A stretch of 64,000 nt of DNA from an uncultured Spirochaetota bacterium (GTDB lineage Bacteria; Spirochaetota; Spirochaetia; SZUA-6; CAVTHK01): the NCBI GenBank assembly GCA_963734495.1, contig CAVTHK010000011.1:640001-704000 (forward strand), read 5' to 3'. The number at the start of each line of letters is the position of its first letter. Within the stretch, counting starts at the first letter, position 1. Positions 38,329 through 50,471 of this stretch are shown here, piece by piece. The notes beneath the pieces were generated by a model. The model did not search any database and was not told the origin of the DNA. It saw only the letters and a program-made list of their open reading frames with translations. The translations under genes and the position numbers were made by a program.

Positions 38329-40457
38329 AGAGACTCCTCGTCCCGTTCTGCCTCGCGCTGGCCGCTGCGGGGCTCGCCGCCGAACCGGCGGGCACGATCC
38401 GGCGCTTCGCGCTCGTGGCCGGCGCCAACGACGGGGGCTACGACCGCGTGCGCCTGCGCTACGCGGCGAGCGACGCGCGCGCCTTTGCGGCGGTGATCGG
38501 GGATCTCGGCGGGGTGAAGTCCGAGGACAGCATCCTGCTGATCAACCCCGACATCGGCGTCTTCGAGGACGCGCTCCGCCGGATCCGCTCGCGGATCCAG
38601 GCCGCGGCGGGCGGCGAGCGGCACGAGCTCATCGTCTACTACTCGGGCCACGCCGACGACGAAGGCCTGCTGCTCGGGCGCGAGCGTTTCCCCTACAGCC
38701 GGCTGCGCCGCGAGGTTTCGGAGATCGAGGCCGAGGTTCGCATCGCGGTGGTCGACTCCTGCTCGTCGGGCTCGCTCACGCGCGCCAAGGGCGGCTCTCC
38801 GCGGCCCGCCTTTCTCCAGGATTCGTCGACGGAGATGAAGGGCTATGCCTTTCTCACCTCCAGCTCCGCGGACGAGGTGGCGCAGGAGTCGGACCGCATC
38901 GGCGGGTCCTACTTTACGCACTTCCTCGTCGGGGGCCTGCGCGGCGCGGCCGACGCCAACGGCGACGGCGTCGTGACGCTCAACGAGGCGTACGCCTACG
39001 CCTTTACCGAGACCCTCGCGTCGACCGAGCGCACGCAGTACGGGCCGCAGCACCCCGCCTACGACATCGCGCTCACGGGCAAGGGCGACCTCGTGCTGAC
39101 CGACGTGCGCGAGGCGGCCGCGCGCCTCGTGATCGGCCCCGACGTCGCGGGACGCGTCTTCGTGCGGGACCGCGGCGGCGCGCTCGTGGCGGAGGTCGCC
39201 AAGAAGCCGGGCGACGCGCTGCAGCTCGCACTCGAGCCCGGCACCTACACCGTGCGCGTGCAGGAGCAGGATCGCTGGGCGGAAGGCTCGGTGACGGTGA
39301 GCCGCGACGCGCGGCGGGGCACCCCTCTGGATCGCGCGGACCTGCGGACGATCGCCGGCGAGCCCACCGTGGGCCGGGGCGAGGACGGAGAGCCGGGCCG
39401 CAGGCCGGCGGACGACTACGAGAAGCAGACCTTCCACTTCAGCTTCCTTCCGGAGATCAGCTCCCAGGGAATCTACGGCTCGCGCGAGGAGCAGGCGATC
39501 TCGATCAACCTCCTCGCCGGCAACGCCGCGGCCGTAAACGGCGTGGTGCTGGCGGGCGTTGCCTCCTTCGTGGGCGACCGCGTGGACGGGGCGCAGGCGT
39601 CGGGCGTCGTGAACGTGGTCGGCCAGGACGCCTGGGGCGCGCAGCTCGCCGGCGTGGTGAACTGGGTGGGCCGCGACGCCGGGTTCTACCAGGGGGCCGG
39701 CGTGCTGAACCTGGCCCGCGGCTCGCTGCTGGGCGTGCAGAATTCCGGTGTGATGAACTTCGCTTTCGGCGGCGTCCAAGGCCTCCAGCTCGCCGGCGTG
39801 GGCAACGTTTCGGGCGAGCACGCCTCGGGGGCGCAGGCGGCCGGCGTCTTCAACTACGCGCGTTCGGTGACGGGCGCGCAGCTTGCCGGCGCGGTGAACG
39901 TCGCGGGCCCGCTGCGCGGCGTGCAGGCGGGCGTGGTCAACATCGCAAGCGATGTCACGGGAGCGCAGGTCGGTCTCGTCAACATTTCGCGGCACCTCGA
40001 CGGCGTGCCGATCGGGCTCATCAACTACGAGCGCGACGGCAGCCGGCACCTGGAGGTTGCGTGGCAGGGCGACCGCATGACCGGCGCCATCAGGCTCGGC
40101 GCAGGCTACGTCTATTCGCTGCTGCGCGGCGCGGTCGTGCCCGACAGCGACCCGCTGGAGTGGTCGTACGGCTTCGGGCTCGGCGTCGAGGTTCCGCTCT
40201 TCGAGCCCGTCTTTATCGACGTGGACGCTTCGCTGTCGCAGTGGCTGGGCGGTCCGGGGTCGCCGTCGATCAACGACCCCGCGTCGGTCAAGCCCGATCT
40301 GCGGGTCGCGGCGAGGATTCTCCGCCGCCCGGGATTCGCCTTTCTGGCGGGCGCGAGCTTCGAGCTCGCGATCCCGGGATGGCACGACACCTCCGACCTC
40401 AAGATCACGCCGACCGCGTTCGTCGGCATGCAGTTCGGACGCGAGCGGAGCAGGTAA
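38325..40457 (+). CDS. Exported caspase-family (peptidase C14-like) protein with Gly-rich repeats and a beta-barrel-like C-terminus, 710 aa
   Basis: ATGA overlap; signal peptide; RRFALVAGAN, LRYAASDA, YYSGH (His), VDSC (Cys), AQES and FTHFL; about 11 G-x-Q-x-x-G-x-x-N repeats; terminal strand AFVGMQF. Confidence 0.9.
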   Translation: MKRLLVPFCLALAAAGLAAEPAGTIRRFALVAGANDGGYDRVRLRYAASDARAFAAVIGDLGGVKSEDSILLINPDIGVFEDALRRIRSRIQAAAGGERHELIVYYSGHADDEGLLLGRERFPYSRLRREVSEIEAEVRIAVVDSCSSGSLTRAKGGSPRPAFLQDSSTEMKGYAFLTSSSADEVAQESDRIGGSYFTHFLVGGLRGAADANGDGVVTLNEAYAYAFTETLASTERTQYGPQHPAYDIALTGKGDLVLTDVREAAARLVIGPDVAGRVFVRDRGGALVAEVAKKPGDALQLALEPGTYTVRVQEQDRWAEGSVTVSRDARRGTPLDRADLRTIAGEPTVGRGEDGEPGRRPADDYEKQTFHFSFLPEISSQGIYGSREEQAISINLLAGNAAAVNGVVLAGVASFVGDRVDGAQASGVVNVVGQDAWGAQLAGVVNWVGRDAGFYQGAGVLNLARGSLLGVQNSGVMNFAFGGVQGLQLAGVGNVSGEHASGAQAAGVFNYARSVTGAQLAGAVNVAGPLRGVQAGVVNIASDVTGAQVGLVNISRHLDGVPIGLINYERDGSRHLEVAWQGDRMTGAIRLGAGYVYSLLRGAVVPDSDPLEWSYGFGLGVEVPLFEPVFIDVDASLSQWLGGPGSPSINDPASVKPDLRVAARILRRPGFAFLAGASFELAIPGWHDTSDLKITPTAFVGMQFGRERSR
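39520..40030 (+). repeat. About 11 intragenic 14-16 aa repeats (resembling LA_2272-type surface repeats)
   Basis: GAQASGVVN, GAQLAGVVN, GVQNSGVMN, GLQLAGVGN, GAQAAGVFN, GAQLAGAVN, GVQAGVVN, GAQVGLVN, GVPIGLIN and others. Boundaries approximate. Confidence 0.85.
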
Positions 40458-40493
40458 CGCGCGCCCGGCGTGGCGCTCGGACCCGAGGCCGGC

Positions 40494-41039
40494 CTACCTG
40501 AGCGGAACGGCGAGCGACGTGCGGAACGAGTGGTAGGACGCGAAGGAGTCCTGGCTGCCGTAGGCCGCGATCAGCTCGAGCTCGGTCGCGCCCGCCGCGA
40601 TGACCCGCGAGGCGTCCAGCTCGACCTCGAGCACCGTGCGGCCGCCGCTCTCGGTGAGCGCGTGTGCGGTCGCGAACGGCGCGTCGGACGCGTCGGGCGC
40701 GGCGCTGTGACGGTGGCCGCTGCCGAGGTCCTCCTCGAAGGTCGCGGTCCCGTCCTTGACGTAGCCGATAAAGATGCGGGAGCCGTCCATGCGCCCGGTC
40801 CCCGTGCCGACGGCCACCCAGCCGGTCGTCTGGGCGGACAACGCAATGTAGACGCGGTCGGCCGTCCTCGCGAGCGACAGCGTCGCGCCGCGCAGCTCAC
40901 GGGTGAGCGTGTACTCGCCCTGGTGCACGACGCCGTCGACGACCGGATGCGTCGACGACACCGCGAGCGCCGTCTCCTGGGCGCCCGCCATGGTCGCGAC
41001 CGCGGTCGCGACGAGAATCGCGGCAATCTGGATTCGCAT
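40494..41039 (-). CDS. Secreted DOMON-domain protein
   Basis: Signal peptide; TTGWVAVG..GRMDGSRIFIG (conserved W and M) and a C-terminal YH, as in heme-type DOMON domains. Confidence 0.75.
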   Translation of the reverse strand: MRIQIAAILVATAVATMAGAQETALAVSSTHPVVDGVVHQGEYTLTRELRGATLSLARTADRVYIALSAQTTGWVAVGTGTGRMDGSRIFIGYVKDGTATFEEDLGSGHRHSAAPDASDAPFATAHALTESGGRTVLEVELDASRVIAAGATELELIAAYGSQDSFASYHSFRTSLAVPLR

Positions 41040-41048
41040 TTCGCCTCT

Positions 41049-41391
41049 TCAGTATGCGGATGGGTCTTCGGGGCGCGCTTTCCGCCCCTGCTTGATATGT
41101 CCAAGGTCGTCGTGCAGGTCCTCGAAGCGCTTCATCACGTCGTCCTCCACCTGCTTCCCGCCATCGAGGTCGTCCGTCAGCGCCCCCATGACACGGTTCA
41201 TGCGGATCTCGGACTCCCTCCACTCGATCATGATCGCGCGCAGGAGCCCGGCCGGTATCCCTCTCTCGAGACACGCGGACACCAGGTCTCCGCCCATGAC
41301 GTCGTAGACGGGCTTGAGGTTGGCGTAGATGCGACGGGCTTCGTTCGGGTCCAGATGCGCCTCACCCCGGCCTGCTTGCGGCCTGTGTCCA
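41049..41391 (-). CDS. Small hypothetical protein; 5' end uncertain
   Basis: ORF 41049-41297 extends upstream in frame with good codon usage (HLDPNEARRIYANLKPVYDVM). Reaching a GTG near 41391 needs one extra base in the C/G run near 41365. Confidence 0.5.
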
Positions 41392-41540
41392 CAAGATATC
41401 GTTCACGCCGCATGCGGACAAGCGGCTCGATGCCCTCCCCGGTCCCGGCGGGAGGCGCGCGAGGCGCGGCGCCGAGGGCTCGACGCACCCGCGACTTTCA
41501 CGATAGTGTTCGGTGACCTGAAAACGGAAGGAAGCATCGA

Positions 41541-42725
41541 ATGGACGCACAGAGAAAGGTGAAGATCGGGCTGATCGGCCTGGGCAACATCGGAGGCAAG
41601 ACTCACGCGGTCAACCTCAAGAGCATGGCCGGCATCGAGGTCGCGGGCGTCTGCGACATCGACGCGGCCTGCGCCGACAAGTTCGCGGCCGAGCTCGGCA
41701 CGACCGCGTACCACGATCACGCGAGCCTGTTCGCCCGCTCGGGCCTGGAGGCGGTGATCGTCGCGGTCCCCCACTACCAGCACACTCCCATCGCCATCGA
41801 GGCGCTCGGCCGGGGACTGCACGTCCTGTGCGAGAAACCGATGGCCGTCCACGTCAACGACGCGCGCAGGATGCTCGAAGCATGGGAAAAGGCGAAACGC
41901 CGGAATCCCGGGCTCATCTTCGCCATGATGCTGCAGGAGCGGACGCTCCCGCTCAACAGGAAGCTCAAGGACATCGTGACGGGCGGCGAGCTCGGCAGGC
42001 TCCTGCGCGTGACGTGGATCAACACCGCGTGGTTCAGGTCCCAGGCGTACTACGACAGCAGCGGGTGGCGGGCGACCTGGGCGGGCGAAGGGGGAGGCAT
42101 CCTCACGAACCAGTGTCCGCACAACCTGGACCTCTACCAGTGGCTGTTCGGCGTCCCCTCGAGAGTGAGCGGGTTCGCGCACCTCGGCAAGTATCACGAC
42201 ATCGAGGTCGAGGACGAGATCACCGCCTACTTCGAGCACGACAACGGCATGATCGGGCATTTCGTCGCAACGACCGCCGAGAGCCCCGGCACGAACCGGC
42301 TCGAGATCGTCGGCGAGTACGGCAGCCTCGTGAGCGAGAGGGGCAAGCTCATCTTCCACCGCAACCGCATGTCGATGCTGGAGTTCTCGAAGCAGACCAA
42401 AGAGGCGTTCGCGAAGATCGAGTGCTGGCCGACGGAAATCCCGTTCGAGTCGAAATCTCCCGCCAGCCACAAGCTGGTCGCCGAGAGGTTCGTGGACGCG
42501 ATCCTCGGCCGCGGGGAGCTCGTCGCGGACGGCAACGAGGGGATCAAGTCCGTCACGATCGCAAACGCCATCATGCTGTCTTCGTTCAGCGGGCGGCCGG
42601 TCGAGATCCCCTTTGACGCCGACGCCTACGAGCGCAAGCTCCAGGAGCTCGCGCGGAGCTCGACCTTCGCCAAGACGGTGCGGGACGACGTCGGGGTGAA
42701 CATGACGAGCTCGTTCTCGCACTAA
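41541..42725 (+). CDS. Gfo/Idh/MocA family oxidoreductase
   Basis: LIGLGNIG, VPHYQH, HVLCEKP and WRATWAGEGGGILTNQCPHNLD. Confidence 0.93.
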   Translation: MDAQRKVKIGLIGLGNIGGKTHAVNLKSMAGIEVAGVCDIDAACADKFAAELGTTAYHDHASLFARSGLEAVIVAVPHYQHTPIAIEALGRGLHVLCEKPMAVHVNDARRMLEAWEKAKRRNPGLIFAMMLQERTLPLNRKLKDIVTGGELGRLLRVTWINTAWFRSQAYYDSSGWRATWAGEGGGILTNQCPHNLDLYQWLFGVPSRVSGFAHLGKYHDIEVEDEITAYFEHDNGMIGHFVATTAESPGTNRLEIVGEYGSLVSERGKLIFHRNRMSMLEFSKQTKEAFAKIECWPTEIPFESKSPASHKLVAERFVDAILGRGELVADGNEGIKSVTIANAIMLSSFSGRPVEIPFDADAYERKLQELARSSTFAKTVRDDVGVNMTSSFSH

Positions 42726-42853
42726 CGCGTCTGCTCCGCGGGTTTGCGCGTGACCGGCAATGCTGACTGCAGCACTAATCGATTGACGATCCTGCAGCGT
42801 TGTTGACTGCTGCTTCTTCGCGTCAGTAGCCTTGTGTCAGAGCGGGCACACCT

Positions 42854-43576
42854 ATGGTCCACACAGAGACGGTCCTGCTGCGCTTCGTGCTTGGGACCGT
42901 CGATCTTTCGATTACAACGACGATCGCATGGACGCTGTGCGGGACTCTCGTCCTCGTGGCGGCTCTCGTCCTCTGCACGCGCCGCGTTTCGATCAGACCG
43001 GACGGAGCGGCGCAGATCCTGATCGAGTACGTCGCGGAGTTCGTCGAGAAGCAGATGCTCGCCCCGATCGGACTGGACCCGGCACGGTGGACTCCGCTGA
43101 TCTTGAGCCTCTTTCTCTTCATCCTCGTCAACAATCTCACCGGGATCATCCCCGGGGGCCTCGCGTCGACCTCCAATATCAACCAGACCGGCGCGCTCGC
43201 GGTCCTGGTCTTTCTGGTCGGCTATTTCCAGATGTTCCGCCACAGGGGCGCGTCCGGGTTCGTTCGCAGCCTCGTCCCCCGGGGCGTCCGAGGTCCGGTC
43301 CTCGTCATCCTGGTACCTGTCGAGTTCGCGAGCCAGCTCCTTCGGCCTTTCTCGCTCGCGGTGAGGCTCTTCGCCAACATGTCCGGAGGCCATCTCCTTC
43401 TGCTCACGATCGTCGGGTTCACGGTGGTCTTTGCGAACGCGGTCGTGGACGTGCTCGCGGTCGGCGGCGCCGTTTTCGTATTCCTCTTCGAGATCTTCGT
43501 GGCCTTCATCCAGGCCTACGTGTTCGCTTTCCTGAGCGCGCTGATGATCAGTCAGAGTCTCGAAGAGGAGCATTGA
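42854..43576 (+). CDS. atpB: F0F1 ATP synthase subunit a
   Basis: RPFSLAVRLFANMSGGH (essential Arg) and IQAYVF. Confidence 0.95.
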   Translation: MVHTETVLLRFVLGTVDLSITTTIAWTLCGTLVLVAALVLCTRRVSIRPDGAAQILIEYVAEFVEKQMLAPIGLDPARWTPLILSLFLFILVNNLTGIIPGGLASTSNINQTGALAVLVFLVGYFQMFRHRGASGFVRSLVPRGVRGPVLVILVPVEFASQLLRPFSLAVRLFANMSGGHLLLLTIVGFTVVFANAVVDVLAVGGAVFVFLFEIFVAFIQAYVFAFLSALMISQSLEEEH

Positions 43577-43624
43577 GATCGAAGGCCCGTCTTCGCGCCG
43601 CGGAAACAGGATAAGGAGACAGCC

Positions 43625-43855
43625 ATGGACAATCTGGTGGGCGCTTTTCTGGGTTCGGGGATCGGGATCGGGCTGGCCGCTCTCGGCGGGGCGATCGGGA
43701 TCGGCATCCTGATGGCCAAAGCCTTCGAGAGCATGGCGCGACAGCCCGAGATCGTGAGCACGATGCGGCCGCTGATCTTTATCGGGATCGCATTCATCGA
43801 GGCCGTCGTGCTGTACGCGCTCGTGATCAGCATTCTTCTCGCGACCAAGCACTGA
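43625..43855 (+). CDS. atpE: F0F1 ATP synthase subunit c
   Basis: GxGxG helix, ARQPE loop, FIEA carboxylate; RBS AAGGAG. Confidence 0.97.
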   Translation: MDNLVGAFLGSGIGIGLAALGGAIGIGILMAKAFESMARQPEIVSTMRPLIFIGIAFIEAVVLYALVISILLATKH

Positions 43856-43917
43856 GGCGGCCGGCCGCGGGGGTCGCCGCAGACCGCGGCGGCCCGCTGG
43901 CGCCGGGGGAGACAGCA

Positions 43918-44412
43918 GTGTTCGAATTCCAGCCGGGCGTCGCCGTGTGGACGCTCATCTCATTCGCCGTCGTGTATCTGGTCGTCCTCAAAGCCGTGTT
44001 CCCCGTCATCCGCAAGACCGTGCTCGACCGGCGGGCGCAGATAGAGCGGAGCCTCTCCGACGCGAGCGCAAAGCAGGCCGAGGCGCATGCGAAGGCCGCG
44101 GAGGTCGAGCAGAGGCTGCAGCGGATCAGGCAGGAGGAGCACGAGGTCCTCGCCGAGGCGCGGGACAGGGCCAAGCGGCTCTACGAGGAGCATGAACGAA
44201 AAGCGCTCGAGGACTTCCGCCTGATGAGGAAGCAGCGGGAGAGCGACCTGCAGAAGATGCAGGAGGGCGCCTTTCAAGGGCTGCAGACGGCGTTCGCCCG
44301 CACCGTCATCGAGGCCTGTCGCAAGGTCATGCGCAGCGACCTTTCCGCCGAGCAGCAGCGCAGGATCATCGACGATCGGATCACCGAGCTCGAACGGATG
44401 CGGGAGCTCTGA
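43918..44412 (+). CDS. atpF: F0F1 ATP synthase subunit b
   Basis: N-terminal TM helix (WTLISF), then charged coiled coil (LDRRAQIERSL); operon position. Confidence 0.88.
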   Translation: MFEFQPGVAVWTLISFAVVYLVVLKAVFPVIRKTVLDRRAQIERSLSDASAKQAEAHAKAAEVEQRLQRIRQEEHEVLAEARDRAKRLYEEHERKALEDFRLMRKQRESDLQKMQEGAFQGLQTAFARTVIEACRKVMRSDLSAEQQRRIIDDRITELERMREL

Positions 44413-44419
44413 AAAGGCG

Positions 44420-44956
44420 ATGCTCAACTACCGCTACGATCTGGATCGCCTGGTCGACCGCCTGCAGGCCGGGGGGGATCTCGAGGCCTTCCTGGACGAC
44501 CTCTTCGCCTTCAAGGCGGCCCGCAGCGGCAGCCGGGAGATCGAGGACGTGCTCTCCGATCCGCAGGTCACCGCCGAGAGCAAGCTCGGGTGGATCCAGC
44601 GGGTCTTCGACGGCCTGTTCGGCGAGCCGTTCTTCCAGTTCCTCCTCCAGCTTGCCAGGAACGGCGATGTGCATGCGGTGGACCTGCTCGCCGACCGGAT
44701 CCTCTCGGCGGTCGGCGCGCGCGGGATCGAGACTGCCGAGGTCTCCTCGGTGGTGCCGCTCTCCGCGGAACAGGTGCAGCGCGTTCGAAACGCGCTGCTC
44801 CGGATCACGGGCCGCGAGATCTACGTCTACAACACGCTGTCCGCGCCGCTGCTCGGAGGCTTCGCCGTCCGGTACGGCGGCCGGACGCTCGACATGAGCG
44901 TGCGGAGGGACCTCGAGAAGCTGCGCGACGAGATCGCAGTCGGGCGAGGGGGGTGA
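44420..44956 (+). CDS. atpH: F0F1 ATP synthase subunit delta
   Basis: EVSSVVPLS and LLGGFAVRYGGRTLDMSVR delta/OSCP C-terminal motif; operon position. Confidence 0.9.
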   Translation: MLNYRYDLDRLVDRLQAGGDLEAFLDDLFAFKAARSGSREIEDVLSDPQVTAESKLGWIQRVFDGLFGEPFFQFLLQLARNGDVHAVDLLADRILSAVGARGIETAEVSSVVPLSAEQVQRVRNALLRITGREIYVYNTLSAPLLGGFAVRYGGRTLDMSVRRDLEKLRDEIAVGRGG

Positions 44957-44960
44957 CACA

Positions 44961-46464
44961 GTGGCGCTGGACACGAGCTTTCTCGACAGCATCCAGAGCA
45001 GGATAGAGAGATTCTCCAACGTTCCGCGCAGCGAGGAGGAAGGGGTCGTCGTCGAGACGGCGGACGGGATCGCCCGCGTCCGAGGGATGGCCTCCGCCGG
45101 CATGGACGAGCTCGTGGAGTTCCCCGAGAACGTCCACGGCGTTGTGTTCAACCTGGAGCGTGACGAGGTGATCTGCTCGATCCTCGCCAACCACACCAAG
45201 GTCAAGGAGGGGGCCTGGGTCAGGCGGACGGGCCACGTCGTCAGCGTTCCCGTCGGCGACGCGCTCCTCGGCCGGGTCATCAACCCCCTGGGCGAGCCGC
45301 TCGACGGCAAGGGCCGCATCGAATCGACGACGAGCTATCCGCTGGAGCGGCCTTCACCAGGCGTCGTGGAAAGGGAGCCGGTCAAGGTGCCTCTGCAGAC
45401 CGGCTACAAGGTGGTGGACGCGCTGGTCCCGATCGGGCGGGGGCAGCGGGAGCTCATCATCGGAGACCGCCAGACCGGCAAGACCACGCTCGCGCTGGAC
45501 ACGATCATCAACCAGAAGGACACGGGCGTGCTCTCGGTCTACGTCGCGATCGGGCAGAAGGACGCGACCGTCGTCAAATTCGTCCACAAGCTCAAGGACC
45601 TGAACATCCTGAAGAATGCCGTCATCGTCAACGCGCCGGCGGCGGCGCCGGCGATGATGCAGTACCTCGCCCCTTACGTCGGCTGCGCCATCGCGGAATA
45701 CTTTATGTACGAGCAGCACAGGGACACCCTCGTCATCTACGACGATCTCACCAAGCACGCCGCGGCCTACCGGAACGTGTCGCTGCTCATGCGCAGGCCG
45801 CCCGGCCGCGAGGCCTATCCGGGCGACATCTTCTACCTGCACTCGCGCCTGCTCGAGCGGGCGGCCAAGCTGTCCGCGGCTCTCGGGGGCGGATCGATGA
45901 CGGCCCTGCCGATCATCGAGACGCAGAGCAACGACATCTCGGCCTACATTCCGACCAATGTCATCTCGATCACCGACGGCCAGATCTTTCTCGAGTCGGA
46001 CCTCTTCAACGCGGGCGTCCGGCCGGCGGTCAACGCGGGGATCTCGGTGTCCCGCGTCGGCGGCCACGCCCAGATCAAGGCGATGCGCCAGGTGTCGGGC
46101 ACGCTGCGCATCGACCTGGCCCAGTACCGCGAAAAGGAGGCGTTCTCCATGTTCGCCTCGGAGCTGGACCCGGAGACGGTCCGCCAGCTCAAGAAGGGCG
46201 CGGTGATGGTCGAGCTGCTCAAGCAGGACAAGAACGCCCCCATGCCGATCGAGGACCAGGTCGTCGCGTTGTACGCCGGCGCCGGCGATTTCCTGATGCA
46301 GATCCCCGCCAACCGCGTCGCCGAGTACGAGGCGCAGCTCCTGAACGTCATACGGCTCAAGCACGCGGACCTCCTGCGGGAGATCCGGGAGAGGGGCGAG
46401 CTCTCGTCCGAGCTGCGCGCGGCCCTCGACGAAGCCATCGTCGATTTCACCAAGGGGTTCTCCG

Positions 46465-46487
<23 letters not shown>
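44961..46487 (+). CDS. atpA: F0F1 ATP synthase subunit alpha
   Basis: GRGQRELIIGDRQTGKT, PPGREAYPGD, PTNVISITDGQ and SVSRVG. Confidence 0.98.
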
Positions 46488-49061
<2,574 letters not shown>

Positions 49062-49065
<4 letters not shown>

Positions 49066-50462
49066 GCGCCGGCCGCCTGCCGCTCCCTCGCGAAGAGATC
49101 GCGCTCTTCGAGGGCGCGGGGTTTTCCGCGGAGGAGTGCAGCCGGCTGCTGCGCTTCTACCGGTCGTACCAGGAACGGAACCTCGCGTATTTCGTCTCGC
49201 TGCGCCGGCTCTGGACGGACCGCCACCGGGGGCAGCGTTTCCCCGGCCTGTGCGCCAACGTCCATCCGCTCACCGGCGAGCTCCGTCCGGACGCCGAGCA
49301 ACGCCTCTGGGGGTGGGGCGACACGCGGGCGCTGGCGACGTGGTGCTCGTTTCTCGCAGCGGACCGCGTCCCGGCGAAGCAGGTGACGCTCGAAGGCGGC
49401 GGGACCGTGGACCTGCGCGAGGCCCTGAGCCGCTACGCCGATCTGCTGTGGGAAGCCCTGGCCGAGCGTTACCGCCTCAACGGCCGGATCCCTTTTACCG
49501 CGGACCTGCGCACCAACCTGGCGGATGATCACCCCGCGAACCGGGCGTCGCCGGAGGGCCCCGACATCACGAGCATGTTCGCGGCCAACGCCTTCGTCCA
49601 GTACGGGCTATGGCGCGGCGACGCGGAGGCGCTCGCGCTCGGTACGGACCTGCTCGAAAAGCAGCTTCGGGCCGTGGCCGGGGCGAGCCTCCAGCGGAGG
49701 CCGGGTCAGACCCACGGACCGTGGATGATCCTGCTCGGCGTGATCGTCGAGATCCGCCGCAACCCGGCGGCGGCGAGGCTCGGCGAATCGCTGGCCGGGG
49801 CCGCGATGCCGCTCGTCGACCACATCCTCGCCGATCACTACCGTGAGGACGGCAGGGAGGTGGGCGCCCCGGGCCGGGGTGCCGCATTCTGGGAGCGCAG
49901 CGACGGCGCGGGCGGCCCTGCGGCTGATCCCTCGGGGAGCGTCGTCGTGGACCCGGGGCATGCCACGGAGCTGTCCGGGTTCCTCGCGGAGCTGACGCGG
50001 TTCCTGGAGGCTGAAGCCCGCGGGCGTGTCCTCGCCGCGGCTCTGAACATTCACCTCTTCGCGGACCGCATCGGGTTCACCCCGGCGGGCGCGATGAGCA
50101 AGCTCGTCGAGCTCTCGACGGGGCGCTTCCTCCCGGACACGCAGGCGGCCGCGGCGTCGCAGGGGCCCGCCCGGCCGACGGCCCCGTGGTGGAACGTGCG
50201 CGAGCACTCGGCCGCCGCCCTGCGCCTGTACACGCTCACGCGCGACGAGCGGCTGGTCGAGAGCTACCGCAGGGCGCAGCGCGCCTCCTATCTCTTCTAC
50301 CCGAGCCTGCGGATCGGCGGCCAGATGATCCAGACGATCGACCCTTTCACGCTGGAGCCGCTCGACATCGCGCCCGCGACCGGCAACCTGGACCCGATGC
50401 ACGACGCGCGCTCGCGCGTCCGCGAGATAGAGTGCCTCGAGGAGCTGCTGGCGGGAGCGTAA
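49062..50462 (+). CDS. Hypothetical protein, probable divergent AGE (N-acylglucosamine 2-epimerase)-like alpha/alpha barrel
   Basis: DPGHATE, PWWNVRE and DPMH resemble the PGHxxE, WWxxxE and PxH motifs of the AGE superfamily. GTGA overlap with atpC. Confidence 0.6.
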
Positions 50463-50471
50463 CCGCGGATG

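Noticed and set aside
37014-40457. 1147-aa anti-sigma/caspase fusion ORF or programmed frameshift
   Set aside because: The linking segment is out-of-frame junk created by one extra G at 37929-37932. The caspase has its own ATGA-coupled start and signal peptide, and no slippery heptamer is present.
42726-42853. atpI or a riboswitch upstream of atpB
   Set aside because: Only about 128 bp, with no suitable ORF and no recognisable RNA motif.
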